From the human T2T-CHM13v2.0 reference genome, Homo sapiens: a stretch of DNA of 64,000 nt. The notes below the pieces were generated by a model, which saw only the letters and a list, made by a program, of their open reading frames with translations, was not told where the DNA came from and did not search any database. The first letter of the stretch is position 1; every line of letters begins with the position of its first letter. Positions 34,567 to 49,599 of this stretch are shown here, piece after piece. The translations under genes were made by a program, and so were the position numbers. Where the stretch lies: the NCBI RefSeq assembly GCF_009914755.1, contig NC_060934.1. One strand, 5' to 3'.

Positions 34567-35082
34567 TGTAGGAGAGGAAAAGTAATACCGTTTCCTCACT
34601 CATCACAAGGGACATGGCTGGAAGCCCTATAACAAAAGAGAGGTTAAAAAGAAAAAAAATAACAAATTTATTAACATTTTATGTGACATAGGGGCCTTCA
34701 AAAACAAAGGCCTGAAGACCAGGGAAAACTCTCTATGTTTATGCTTAAGTTCAACAATGAATGGACAATCATGAAGAAATACAAATGGACAGAAAGAATA
34801 TGATCTCATTGTAAAAACTTGGAGAGAACTCAGCAAAGATCTTTATGGGCCTCTCTGTGTAGTGTTTCTTTCATCCAGGTATAGATAGGGTAGGACACCA
34901 GTTAAATGAGGTTCTTATGACCTATTTTGAGGAGAAGTAAGCCGGATAATTCCTTTATGGCTGGCTCTCACAAAGGAAAGAGAGGGGAAGGCAGAGAGGG
35001 ACTCCAAGGTGCTGTATTTTGGGATAGCATGTTCTGACTCCAAGGTGTTGTATTTTGAGATAGCATGTTCTGAGCCCTGGCA
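34567..35082 (-). mobile_element. ERV1-class solo LTR (MER39-like) with an internal 36-bp tandem duplication
   Basis: Ends ttttgagatagcatgttctgagccctggca, resembling the reverse complement of a remembered TGTTGGGGCTCAGAA..CCCCAAAAT start; homologous to 38138-38730. Confidence 0.65.
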
Positions 35083-35888
35083 CAAGTAAATTTAATGATC
35101 CTTGAGATTGGAGACCCTCCTTGACAGGATAGAAATGTACCTTCTGTCTGTGTCCTGGACTGGTGGTCCACTATGCAGGTTCATAAGATTCCTGGCATAA
35201 ATTACTTCTTCCTTTCCCTCCTTTCTCTCTCTCTCTCTCTCTTTTTTTCTTCTTGGAATAACAACATAATATGAGTAATTAACAAGAAAGAAAACAAATT
35301 ATATCAGTCATTATTCAGCGTTAGAATAAACTAAAATTAAATAGATGTCTCTGAGTGCTTCAGCATATGAATATTATCAACCACTGTATGTGGTTATTGA
35401 TGTGTGCTTTACTACAGTGAGTATGTTTCTGTGTATGTATATAATATATATTATGTTTGTATGAATGTATATAATATTTAAATATTTTAATATGGAAATA
35501 AATCATTGCCTTCAGCACACTGATTACAAATCAATTCATATCTCAGTTAAATTGAGTTGTAAGTCACACAGTTGATTACCCCAAAGAGCTCATTATAAAT
35601 GCATATGACTCTTAATGGCTCCAATGAGAAGAGAGCCCTTCACTCGTGATGAATGTTACCACTTTTAATTGAAACAAGGTTACCTTTGGCATTAAGGTAC
35701 ATAAGATGCTGTCAAAGCAGTTATGGTTTTATAAATTTAAATTAGGATGTTCTGGTCAGAACAGTTTTCTAAAATTAGATTGGAGAATGGGACAGATGTA
35801 AATAGGGTTCCTCTACACAAAGAAATATGATTGTAAGACATTACTTTTGTGATGTGTTTTTAACAGTTTTATCTTTCTGTAATTATAG

Positions 35889-36101
<213 letters not shown>

Positions 36102-37048
36102 TAATACAGGGTGTGGATTATATCACCTGTTCTTGAAACCTAAAATATATATATATATATATATTTTAAAAGGTAAACATCTGGTCTAGTCCTTAGGCCT
36201 CTCTTCCAGTAATATGGAAAATATTCTATGCTTGCAGCTGAAATTATTGCATCCAAATATTTTAATTATAAATATTATGAAAAAATTATAATTATCTTGC
36301 ATATTTTAAATACACTTTTATAAATATTCACTTCTCCATTAATTTTATTCAGAACTTCAAATGAGCATGTAATAATATTCATATTTCAGGATCACCCAGG
36401 AGTTCAAAAAAAGCAAAAAGGTTGTGTTTGGGAAAATGATGTAAGGCCAACCAAAATTTAAAACTGGACCTTAAAATTCTGTGTTTCTATTCAAAATTTA
36501 ATATTTTCAGATCACAGATGGAGTTTGTCTAATTCTTTGACTAAATTTTTTGGAGAGAATATCAATTACAGGCCAGAAATGTTGCCATAAAAATGGATCT
36601 CATATAGTCAACTATGTATTTTAAAACCTAATCATTATTTAGATTCTGGGATCATGTACACATTGAAAGAATGTACACTATACCTTCAGTTACTTTCTCT
36701 TTCTAGTACTAATTGATGTTTCTCTCTGACCACTCCTACCCTCAGATCTCAATGAATCTGACAATATTAAAAATGTTTTCTGAAAAGTGTCACACTTTAT
36801 TTTTCTTAATCTGTATCTATGGAAAAGATTTGCATATGAAAATCAGACATACTGTATATTCCTAAGTTATATATACTTAAACAACATATTTAGTGAGTGC
36901 AACAGTTGTATTCTTACAGGAGCTGAATGGACTAATCAAGAAAAATTTGGGTCACATGATTCTGGATTGAGGCGATTAAAGAACTTTTAATTAAAGGTCC
37001 TTTATTAAAGACATTTTTCATTCGAGAGAGTGTATATTTCTGGGTGCT

Positions 37049-37354
<306 letters not shown>

Positions 37355-37439
37355 CTGGGTGCTAATTTATATTGGGTTAACGTGTATTTACTTTATTCAG
37401 AATGTGTATCCTGCATGCATAATAGACCATTCTAAGCTC

Positions 37440-37607
37440 TGCGCATGTGTTCATGCAAGTGTGTGTGTGTGTGCATGTGTGCGCGTGTCTGCCTGTGTGT
37501 CTGTGTGTGTGTGCATGCCTGTGTGTCTGTGTGTGTGCGTGCATGTGTGCATGTGTGTGTGTGTGTGTGCATGGGTGTGTGCATGCGTGTCTGTGCACAT
37601 GTGTGTA
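37440..37607. repeat. Imperfect (TG)n/(TGCA) alternating purine-pyrimidine tract
   Basis: Directly visible. Confidence 0.9.
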
Positions 37608-37668
37608 TGATTCTGATAGACACCGAGGAGTGCAGAGCAGCAGATTTAAGGATTCATTTAAAGATTCA

Positions 37669-37995
<327 letters not shown>

Positions 37996-38137
37996 TTAAA
38001 CAGGATTACCTTATTTTTGTTGTTTAATTAAAGATTTTCTTTCTCTTAATTAAATACCACATCACCGGAATCATAATAGCTGAAAAGCATTAAAGTTGAC
38101 ATTGAAGAGCACTGTCTTGTAATGTAGTATTTGGAGG

Positions 38138-38730
38138 TATAGGGGCAGAAAGGTGTGACAAAAACCTTTCTTCACCCATCATAAAGGTCACAGCTGACAC
38201 TCCGAGAATGAAAGACAGTTTAATGAGAGAAAAGCATAACAAATTTGTTTATCAAAGTTTTACTTGACACAGGAGCCTTCAGAAATGAAGATGCAAAGTC
38301 CCAGGGAAAAGCATGTGCTTTATTTTATTTTTTCGTTTTTATTTGTTTTTCAGCCCCTTTTCCTATTTAGAAAACTGTGTATTTTTCTGCTTAGTTTTGG
38401 TGAAGAGCAAACAGCCATTTTGAAATGTGATCGGACAAAAGGGTATGATCCAATGGTAACAGACTGAGCAGGGAAACTTAGCAAAGCCTCTGTGTTCAGA
38501 GTCTCCTTGACTCCTTTGTGTAGAATTTCTTCCCCCCTGGGAACAGGAAAGGACCCCTCTAGAATGAGGATCTTGTGACCTAATTTCAGGCAAGATAAGC
38601 CAGATAATTTGTTTATGACCAGCGCTCACAAAGAAAGGTCAGGGAAGTTCAGAGTGACCTTGCTCCTGGGGTACCTCCCAATCTCCTTCAGTTCAAAGTA
38701 CTTTGGGGCAGCCTTTCCTGAGCTCTTACC
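38138..38730 (-). mobile_element. ERV1-class solo LTR (MER39-like)
   Basis: Colinear similarity to 34567-35082 (acaaattt..tgacac/taggagccttca..cagggaaaa..taagcc.gataatt). Confidence 0.65.
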
Positions 38731-39784
38731 GAGGCAAAAGTGTGGTTAAAGGTTTTAAATCATTACTAAAGTTAACCTTAGCAAAAGTTTTTGAGACACT
38801 TGATCTTGCTTATGGAGAATTCTTTTCTTAAATTCACTCAGGATTCATGGATATGTGCATCCATCTGAACACCAAATCAGTTGGATAGATAATATATCTA
38901 ATTAGGACAGATTACATGAATGATTCCTGAAAGATCAATGGATGTACACAAAGGAAAAAAAGGCATTTCTTATTGTTTTTGCAAATATGTCCAGTAGACA
39001 ATTATAGGATCTCATTTGTGGAGTTCAGTATTAGTAGTGAGCAGAAGTTTATGGAGAGAAACTGAAAGGAATATTTAAAAACGTGCCATGCTCCATTGAC
39101 AGTAAATTGTTATATGTATGGAGCAGAATGGCCAAAGGTTTACCCAGACTACCCAGACCCTGTACAGGACTTGAAGTTTTGAAATCTTTAACAGGCATAC
39201 AAATGGCTGCACCACTTCAAAGCAATCTTAGAGCTGTAGTTTTCTGCTCACAGTCCGCGTGATGAAAATCGCAAGTGCTACTTTGATTTGGCCTTTAATC
39301 AAGCTTCTTCTCCTTCAGAATATTTAAAAGCTAGTGTTGATGAAATAATTTTGCATTCTGTTTATTTGTTAAAGGGAGAGAGCCTGTTGTATGCTCTTAA
39401 TCTCAATTTTGAAGCCAGATTTGTGCCTGGTGAGGATGCAGGTTGTATTTCATCCAGGAAGATACGCGATTTTCCAACTGAGTGCCCAAAGGGAGCACAT
39501 GAAACTAATTGCTGTGAGTGCATTACTGACTCCTTCGGCAAATATTTATATGTACATATTTACTCTCTGAACGTAAAGTGCACACTACTCAAGTGAGCAT
39601 TGTATGATGAAGACAGTCAGAACAGAGACCTCTGCATGATGGAAATGACTTGCCGGTGAGAACAAACCAGATTCGCTTTAAACTAGAGGCGATGAATGAA
39701 AACGTCCTGCTAACTTTCAGTTTTGCCCTGTTGGAGAATAATATTTGAAATATATGCAGGATAGCGCTCAAAACACAAGAGCAA

Positions 39785-40350
39785 GGATGTATCTAGCCAG
39801 TCATAGAAAAATAAGTAACACATGACATCACTTATATGAGGTATCTATGTAGTCATATTTGTAGAATCAAAGAGTAAAATTGTGGTAACCAGGTTCTGGG
39901 AGGAGAGGAAGTGGAAAATTACTAATCAACAGGCATACATTTTCAGTCAAACAAGATGAATAAGCTCTAGACATCTGCTGTATAACATGGTATCTAAAGT
40001 CAATGACAATGTATTGTACACTTAAAAATGTGTTGTGGGGGTAGATCTGGCTGGGTGCAGTGGCTCAAGCCTGTAATCCCAGCACTTTGGGAGGCTGAGG
40101 CATGTTGATCACTTGAGGCCAGGAGTTCAAGACCAGCCTGGCCAACATCACAAAACCCCATCTCTACTAAAAATATAAAAATTATCAGGGCATGGTGGCA
40201 CACACCTGTAATCCCAGCTACTCAGGAGGTGCAGGTTGCAGTGAGCTGAGATCACACCACTGCATTACAGCCTGGGTGACAGAGAGAGACCCTGTCTGCC
40301 ACCCCCCCATAAAAAAGAGGGTAGATCTTATATTTTCTTATCACAATATA
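39785..40350 (+). mobile_element. L1MA 3'UTR fragment containing an internally deleted Alu (40049-40317)
   Basis: Alu flanked by gggtagatct TSD; right arm collapsed at ggagg. Confidence 0.8.
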
Positions 40351-41059
40351 TGTATTATAAACATTTCTTTATTAAATTATTTTTAACATCATAATATTCT
40401 TATTATCGTAAGCAGTTGCTATTTCAGTACAACTAGCAGTAGAAGACTTTATACTGCTTACAAATGTTATTTCAAATGATAGTGTATCAATAAATAGTTC
40501 TATGGTCATAAAACTATAGATCCTGCCTAGTTCTATATATTTTTCCACCTTTAAGAGTCTCCTTTCAGTTCGTCCTTTTCCAGGGCAATGCCTCCATTCT
40601 TTCTGCTTTCTACTTAAATGATTCTAAAACTATCCTAGCATCCCTGAAAAAGTAATACAGAAGAAGAAAAAAAAAGAAGGTTGTCTGTTGGTGGATAAGC
40701 TTTTCCAAAAGTATTTTAATAACTGTACTATTGAACACAATTAAAAAGAGGCAAGAGGAAAGGCAAGAGAAGCATCCCATTTTATTGATTACCTATACCC
40801 GAGGTGAAAACCAAGGTGGTTTTGAGTCAAGACAGTGGAGGAACACAGACATTTTCCAGAAGTGTGGTGGCGCAAAGAGTTGGAGAGACTCTTTCCTCTG
40901 CATTCAAAACATACATGAGAATGATGAGAAAAATCAGGGCCATTGCTGAGTGCTAATACATTGGCAAGCAGCCATGCTGTGACCCACAAAAAACTTTATG
41001 AGCATCTTTTCTATACCAAGAGATTTGGTAAGAAGAAAGTGTGATCATTTCCCTCGAGA

Positions 41060-42550
41060 AACATAATCTATTACAGAGAGCTCAGAAATAAATCTAAACA
41101 TAAAAGACCAAATAAGTTTTGACAAAGGCACCAAGAGGACACAGTAGGGAAAAAATAGTCTCGTCAGTAAATGGTGCCGGAAAATCTGGACGTTCTCATG
41201 CGAAAGAATGAAATTGGACCTTTGTCTTACACCGTACACTTAAATAAATTCAAAATGTAAGAAAGTCCTAAATTTAAGACCTGAAATCATTAAACTCCTA
41301 GAAGAGAACATAGGGGAAAAACTCCTTGACATTAGAGTTGGCAATGATTTTTTAATATCACACCAAATGCTCTGGCTACAAAAGCAGAAATAAATAATGG
41401 GATTACCTCAAACTAAAAGGCTTCTGCACAGTAAAGGAAACACTCAGCAAAATAAAATAGCAACCTGCATATCGGGAAAAATATTTGCAAACCATATATC
41501 TGATAAGGGGTTAATATTCAAAATTTATGAAGATTTTATACAACTCAGAAATAGATAAATAGATAAAAAATGGGCAAAGGCCCTGAATAGACATTTCTCC
41601 ACAGAAGACATAAAAATAATCAACTGGTATATGAACAGATATTCCACATTTCATTGGCATTAATCATCAGGGAAATACAAATCCAAAACTCTTTTAGATA
41701 CCTCCTCATATCAATTAGGATAGCTATAATTAAAAAAAAGCGTAACACATTTTAGTAAGAGTGTGGAGAAAAGAGTACTCATACTGTTGGTGCAAATGTG
41801 AATTGTGCAGCCATTATGGAATATGGTATGGAGGTTTCTAAAGAAATTAGCAATAAAACTACCCTATGATTTAGCAATCTCTCTTTTGGGTATATACCCA
41901 GAAAAAATGAAATTACCACTTCATAAAGCTATCTGCACTCCCATGTTCGCTGCAGGATTATTCTTGATAGCCAAGATATGAAAACAACCTAAGTGTCTGT
42001 TGATGTACAGATAGATAAACTGTGGTATCTAAAGAAACAGTGGAATATTATTCAGCCTTAAAAAAAGAGATTCTGCCATTTTTCACATCCTAGGTGAATC
42101 TGGAGGAAATTATGCTATGAAATAAGCCAAACACAAGAAGGAAAATATTGCATGATCTCAATTATGGGTGGCATCTAAAAATTATATACAGATATAGAGA
42201 ATGAAACAGTGGTTACCAGAGGCAGGGGCCAAGGGAAGGAAATGGAGATATGTAGATCGGAGGATACGATGTAACAGATATGGAGGAGAAATGTGTCTAG
42301 AGATGTAATGTACAACGTGAGGACTACAGTTAATAACACTTGAGGACTACAGTTAATAACAGATTTGAGATTTGAGATTTGATAAATGAGTAAGTTTTAG
42401 CTACTCTTGCCACAAAAAAAGAAAAAAAAGGGCAATTATGTGAGATAATGGATAATTTGCCTCACTGTAATAACCATTTTACTATCTATATGTATCCCAT
42501 AACCTTATGCTGTATATCTTTAATATACATAATAAAATTTGTTTTAAAAA
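41060..42550 (+). mobile_element. L1MA (8/9-like) 3' portion
   Basis: Degenerate ORF2 C-terminus and 3'UTR; small tandem duplication tgaggactacagttaataaca near 42318-42361. Confidence 0.85.
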
Positions 42551-42967
42551 TTAAGAAAAGAAGCTTAGTCTATTAGGTAAGAAATGTATCGATTTAATAG
42601 TGTTGTAATGATAACTGGAATAGAGATGTAAACAAGTAGCTATTTTAACTCTAGGAAGTTGGAAAATATATTCAATAGAAAGTAGGTAAGTCCTCAGCAG
42701 CAATTTTTTTTATTTTATTATTATTATACTTTAGGAATTTCTTAAGATGTTTTCTAGTTTTCTTGCTGTGTAAGAAGAGTGTCTATTGCAAGTTCTGCCA
42801 GGGATTAACAGTTCTAGGCCTGTCTCTGATATACATTAAGACTGTTACCAAATGTACATGGTTTAAGAACCTTACCTATATAGTCTTTTAATCAGCAAAA
42901 CAAATATAAGAGGTACTATTTTCCTCATTTTACGAACTTTCTTGTCATTTAGTTTCTTATCAGTTAG

Positions 42968-43310
<343 letters not shown>

Positions 43311-45208
43311 CAAAACCTACGTTCTTAACTGCAAATCGTATAGCCTTTCTATCCTTTTAAGGTCATCATTATATTGAGAATGATGTTTTTAGAAAATGTG
43401 AAAAGTTCCCTACGTGAGCAGTTTAAGCAATGGGAATTTTGAAGCCAATGATCAAAACTTCACTTTTGGAGGAGAAACGATGCCCTTAGTCTCTAATATG
43501 TCAAATGGTCACTTAGTAAATGCTGTCGAGAAGTTTAAGGAGTGAATGTCTTTAAAAAATAATACTTAATACTTTCTCCTTAGTAATTATTTCTTTAATC
43601 ACAGTACATTTTATAATCTGAAATGTATTAAATTGCTTTTAATTCCTATAGTGCTTTTCGGGGACTTAAAAGATAATTTTTTAGACATAAAAGGAAAATA
43701 AAAGATCACTATTTGGATAATGGACCCACCCTCATAGGGAATTGAATTAGAAAATTAGCAAACGACCTCCAGTTCTCTAAAGTCTTATTTTGAGGGTTTT
43801 TTTTTTTTTTTTGCCTGCTTTTTTGAAAAAACTAATTTTTATACTGTGAATCTGTTTATTCATAGAAATGCTAATTCTTCATCCCATTTTTGTGAATCCT
43901 TTCATTAAAGATTCTGGCAATGAGTGGAGGTGAGGTAAAGACACAGTGAAGAATACAGAGAAGTAGGAGTCTTTTTTTTTCTTGTCTTCTTTGCAGCAAA
44001 AAGGTTTGAAGGAAGCATGCAAAATTTAGGCTGCGATTCTAATGTTGAACAAATGAGCATATCACTTCTCTTACAGAGACCTTAATTGCTTGAAAAAACA
44101 GGGGTTTCTTATAAGGAGGAAAAGGCAATGCCACCCTCAGGATTTCTATTTATGAACTTAAATCCTCCTAAAAAGGACCATTGCTATTCTTGAATTTCAA
44201 ACATTTAATATTTTAATGCTATTTATTTTAATTTTTCTCACTTTCACAACCATCTTTAACACAATTTACTTTCTTTTTTACATGAGACTGATTATGGCCT
44301 ACTTCAAACGGGTTATTAAGTTTGCTAAAAATTTAGGTCTTCAGTGCCTTGAAATATTTTCAGATTTTGTAGAAAAAAATAGCAAACATAAATTGCAACC
44401 AATTTTGGTAAATGAGAGAACAAGTTATTGGATTTGCTCAAGAACTGTTTGGGATACATAAAGGTTAGGAAGTTTTGCAGAATTTTGATAGCCTTGGATG
44501 ATTTAATCAAATGTTTCCATACTTATTTATATTATGATATAAAAGTGCAGTTACTTAAAATGTAACCCAGGTGTACAGGTTTTCAAGGAGTCTCTCTCTC
44601 TCTGCCAGTTAAAACACCACACACTGATGATGATGTTAAATTATCTCTGATTTTTATTTATGATAACTGAAGGGCTGAAAAACCTACATAGCATGACAGA
44701 TACAACATATCTCAACAAAACTTCTCTGGACCTTCAGAAACTCTAAGGGACAGGCTGCAGGGTGAATCACTGTTGGATGTAATTTTTGCCTGGACATAGC
44801 GAAATTACAGTGTATCAGAAAAGTTCAATGCCAGGGTGGATTTTAGGCCTGGGATCATGTTGCCATTTATGAGGAACTAGACAAATACTCTGTATGTTTT
44901 CATTTAAGGGAATGTTTAACATGATCTGCACATCTTAGCTCTCAAGTCAAACTTGGCATCAGGACAAACCCTAAAAGAAGGCAGATGAGGAGTGAGCTCC
45001 AGAGAGCAGAGCCAGTACCTAGGTGTCTTCCCATAGTTCCAGTGTTCTGAAAAGTCCATTTCTCCTGGACGGGTTATTTGATGTTGAGGCCAATCAAAAT
45101 GCTACCTCATCATTTTTGAAAGCTTATCTTTATTTTTCTTAGATCAAAATTGTTACTCTGAATTGTTTCTTTAGGATAGATCATAAAAAGGGAAATTTGG
45201 GGTTTAAG

Positions 45209-45528
<320 letters not shown>

Positions 45529-48329
45529 TAAATTGTCATTTAATGACATTCAACACATTTTGCCAAATGTTTCCCCAAAACATTATGCTAATAAACAATC
45601 ATATCAACAAAGTAAAACTGTGGCAGTGTCCCTGTGTTTGAAGTCCATTTTGAAATTTACTTTCACTTTTCATGATTATGCAAATACTATTTATAAGTTC
45701 CTATTTTTGTGAACAAATACTTTGTTTCCTCAAGACTAAAATAAATAATGCTACTTTATGTAGTGCTTTCTTTCGTTCCAAGAGATAATGTGTATACTGG
45801 AAAATGAAGATATTATGTGTCAAATAGTATAAATGGTACATTTTCTCACGCCTACATTGTATTAACAGGACATATATAAACTATTTTGTACTGGCTGTGC
45901 TATGTAATGTAGGCAAGAAAGCCAAAATTTACTTAAGCAGCTCTGTAAGTTGTAAAGACATTTTAATATTTCCAAACAACATTTAGTGAGCACTATAATT
46001 TATTTCTGTCTAAAACCTATTTAGTCCAAAGTGCATGTACTAATTTTATGAAAAAATTCTAAACAATTTCCTATATTCTACTTTTCTGTCTACTCATGAG
46101 AAAAAAAAAACATGTAAGTCTCTACTGAGTAGTTGAATTCAATGAAACCTTAGCCAAGGTTGAATAGTACAAGGAAAAGGAGTGATTTATTATTTATTTA
46201 TTTATTTATTCAATCTTAGATGCTGGTTATATATTTTCCTCAAACTAGTATATCTGCTAAATACAGAAATATGTGCATTAGACACTGGCATTTCCACAGC
46301 AGAGATGCATAATAGAGACAAAGTCATTTTATGTGTGTTGATACTTTGCAAGCCATGTATCTTATGTACTCAGTATTGACCAAGAATAATTGCATTACTC
46401 TGCACTGAGACTTATGTTTTCTTTTATTACATAAATGCATTAAGAGAAGGCTTGAATTTCCTATAGCAACTCTCTGCTCTATATGTTTTGAGATAGTGTG
46501 TGTGTTTGTGTGTGTGTGTGTGTTAGTCTTTGAATTAGGACTACTTTTTTCAGTGTATTTTCTGAAAAATGTTTCTGAGTAGGCCTTTTTGGCTAGATTG
46601 GAGATACTTCATCTTAATTATAATATTAAAGGATTTCTATGATGTGTCTCTCTGTATAATTACAAATTACTTTTAATTTTGTAAGGTCTGGAAAAATGAG
46701 CTGCTGTTTTCTGTGTTCTATCTTATGTTCTTTTTCCATAGCCCTGAATACAAGGAAAAAAAGTCTGAAAATATACCTACACTTGCTAATTATTATCTTC
46801 CCCTTTTATTAAATGCATATTGGTAAATAAGTCTCTGTAGGGAAAAAAGGCTATCTAGTTATTTTTCCTTAGTAAACTGGATTTCCATTCTCTTCTCATT
46901 GTCCTCAAGTTTAAAATCTAGACAACTATTTTCTATTCAGACAAACCGCTCTAGACAGATGTCATTGTGAAAGACCCTAATGGGAGGTTGTTTCTGGTGA
47001 AGGCTCATCATTTCTGTGGCATGAAATCAAGAAGTGGAGAAAACGTCCATTCACCCTCATTTATGGAAGTCACTGATCTCCGATAAAGAAAAGTGAAAAC
47101 TATTTCTATAGTCAGGTAAAATCTGATAAATAACCCATGCTATTTTGATCAGTCTTTGCTGCAGATAATCATGTTGTTAAATTAGGAGAATTCAGGATAG
47201 TAGTGAAAATACGTGATTCTTCTTCCGCCGTTGAAAATTCTATTGAGAATAAAAGCAGGCATTTAACAAGAAAGCCTTTTTCTATAATTATTTAAGATTA
47301 AGTTTCAATACATTAGATTATTAATGGTGACTGTGGAGAGAGTGGATTTTTTTTTCCGTGTCATACTTTGAGCTCGACTGGGATATTATTTTTTTGACAA
47401 GATCGTTGTTCTTCTTCACTCTTAAAATTGTGTTAGAAGTATTACTGGCTTTCCTTTTCTTTTTGTTGCTTATCTGCTGAAACTATTCAGTTCTTCTCTT
47501 TTCTCACATGCCACTACTCTTGTTCATTTTGTTTCCATTTTCAGGTTAGCAATGTGTGTGATAGGTAAAAAAGGGGCGTAAAGAGCCTTCCCCACCTAAC
47601 ACTAAGTGTTCCAAGCATCCAAGCAATCGACGTCTCCCTGCCTTGCAGAAACACACCACTGTAGGGAGTGAAATGTACACTGCTTCTGATGTGATACAAT
47701 TATCTCTTTGGGTTATAGGTTTAGAGACACCTAAAAGACCACATAATAATTTAGTTAATTTATGTAGTATAAATACTCACATGCTTACTTTTAAGCACTT
47801 ACTTTATAGCTGACAGTGTTTGAAGTAAATTTGCATGCACAAACTAATTTATAGCTCTGTAAAATAAGGCATAAAGAGGATTAATATTAGGGCCCTGCTT
47901 CCTAGCTGGGGACAGACTGACCCTTATAATGAGTGAATAAATTATGTACTATTTTTAGAAGGGATGTGTGCTGTAGAAAAAAAAATGAGGCAAGGAAAGG
48001 GCAATGGGGGAAGGCAAGGGAGCTTTGCAATTTCCAAGAGAGTGGTCATAGTACATCTCAGTTACAAGGTGGTATTGTAACAAAGACTTGAGAAGGTGAG
48101 GAAACAAGCTTTGAGATATCTCAAAAGAAAAGAAAGAGTGTTCTAAGCAGAAAGAAGGAACTAAGGGATTGGGACAGGAACACATCTGGTGAATTTGAAC
48201 AATAGCAAGGGGACCAATGTGGCTGGAAGAGGTTGATTATAGAGAACAATTATAGGATAATAAGGCTGAGGAAGAGCAGCCCACCTAGAGCAATGGTTCC
48301 CAACACTGGCTGTGTGTGAGAGACACTCA

Positions 48330-48650
48330 GAGTTCTTTGCAGCAACATGGATTGAGTTGGAGGCCGGAATCCTAAGCAAATTAACAGAAACGGAAACCAA
48401 ATACCACATGTTCTCACTCGTAAGTGGGAACTAAAACATTGAGTTCACATGGACATAAATATGGAGACAATAGACAATGGACTACAGGAGGGTGGAGAGG
48501 TGGGTAGGTTTCAAAACTACCTATTGGGTACTGTGCTCACTACCTGGGTTATGGGATCTGTACTCCAAACCTCAGCATCGTGCAACATTGCCATGTAACA
48601 AATATGCACATGTATTCACTATATCTAAAATAAAAGTCGAAATAAAAAGT
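48330..48650 (+). mobile_element. L1PB/MA 3' fragment nested in older (MER5/L2-like) repeats
   Basis: tttgcagcaacatggat...aaccaaataccacatgttctcact. Confidence 0.75.
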
Positions 48651-49599
48651 CTTGAGGCAGGGCTAATTAAATCACAATCTCTAGGGTAGAATCCTGTCAT
48701 TCACAGTTTTTAAATTATGTGCATCCAAGGTTGAGGACCATTTCAGCCGAGGCCTTATGGGTGATTGTAAGGACACTAGCTTTTAAATGAGACTGGGAGC
48801 ATTTTGAACAGAAGACTTGCAAGATCTGACTTGCCACAATCACTGTGTTTGCTACATTGAAAAGAGATAGAAGGGGGTTATTGATGCCCATCGTCAATGA
48901 CCACCTGTAACAAGATTGGGTTTATTGATAGTTGCTAAGCAAGGAAAATAGCCTACTAGGAGAAACTGGGACGTGGCTTAACAAGAGGAACTTGTTCTAG
49001 GATTTGGACTTGTGTTGGGTCATTTAGAGAAGGGCTCAAGGAAGCAAGAATTTTCTTTTGATTGGATGTTTTCAAGAAATAGGATAATTCTGTGATTGTA
49101 TATCTGAACAAATTTTATTTAGGAGGTGAGATAAATTGAACTAAAGTTATAATTGGTTAAAATACAATACTCATGTCAGTCAGGAAAGGGGAATGAATAT
49201 TTGAGGACTTTCGAGTTTACACTGTGATCTTTTTTTGTCTGTGTTCAGAAATGAATAGAGTGGCCTTCTTTTTGTCTGGTTTTATTTCTCAGTCTACGGA
49301 GCTACCTTGTTTAATGTTGTTGATATGTGCAAATCTTTATGTTCAACGGAAGATCACTACAGCTCAGCTGTTATTGTCAGTTCAGGTACTAGCAACACCA
49401 AAGTCTAGAAGACATCACCAGCAAACTGCCAACTGTTGGCCAGTGTCAGAAATGGAAGCAGAAAGAGCAGTTGGGGAGTATTCCAAGGACTGAATAAGGA
49501 AATGATGGTGACTTGAGCTAGGTAGGGTGAGAGCAGTAGAGATGGTCAGAAGTGGGCAGATTCTGGATCTATTTTGAAGGCAGGTAGAAGTGAAAAGCT

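Noticed and set aside
46941-47115. Exon-like segment (tattcAG ... CAG|GTAAAA)
   Set aside because: Stops in all three frames and no MAM or LDLa motif; a non-coding exon cannot be judged from sequence alone
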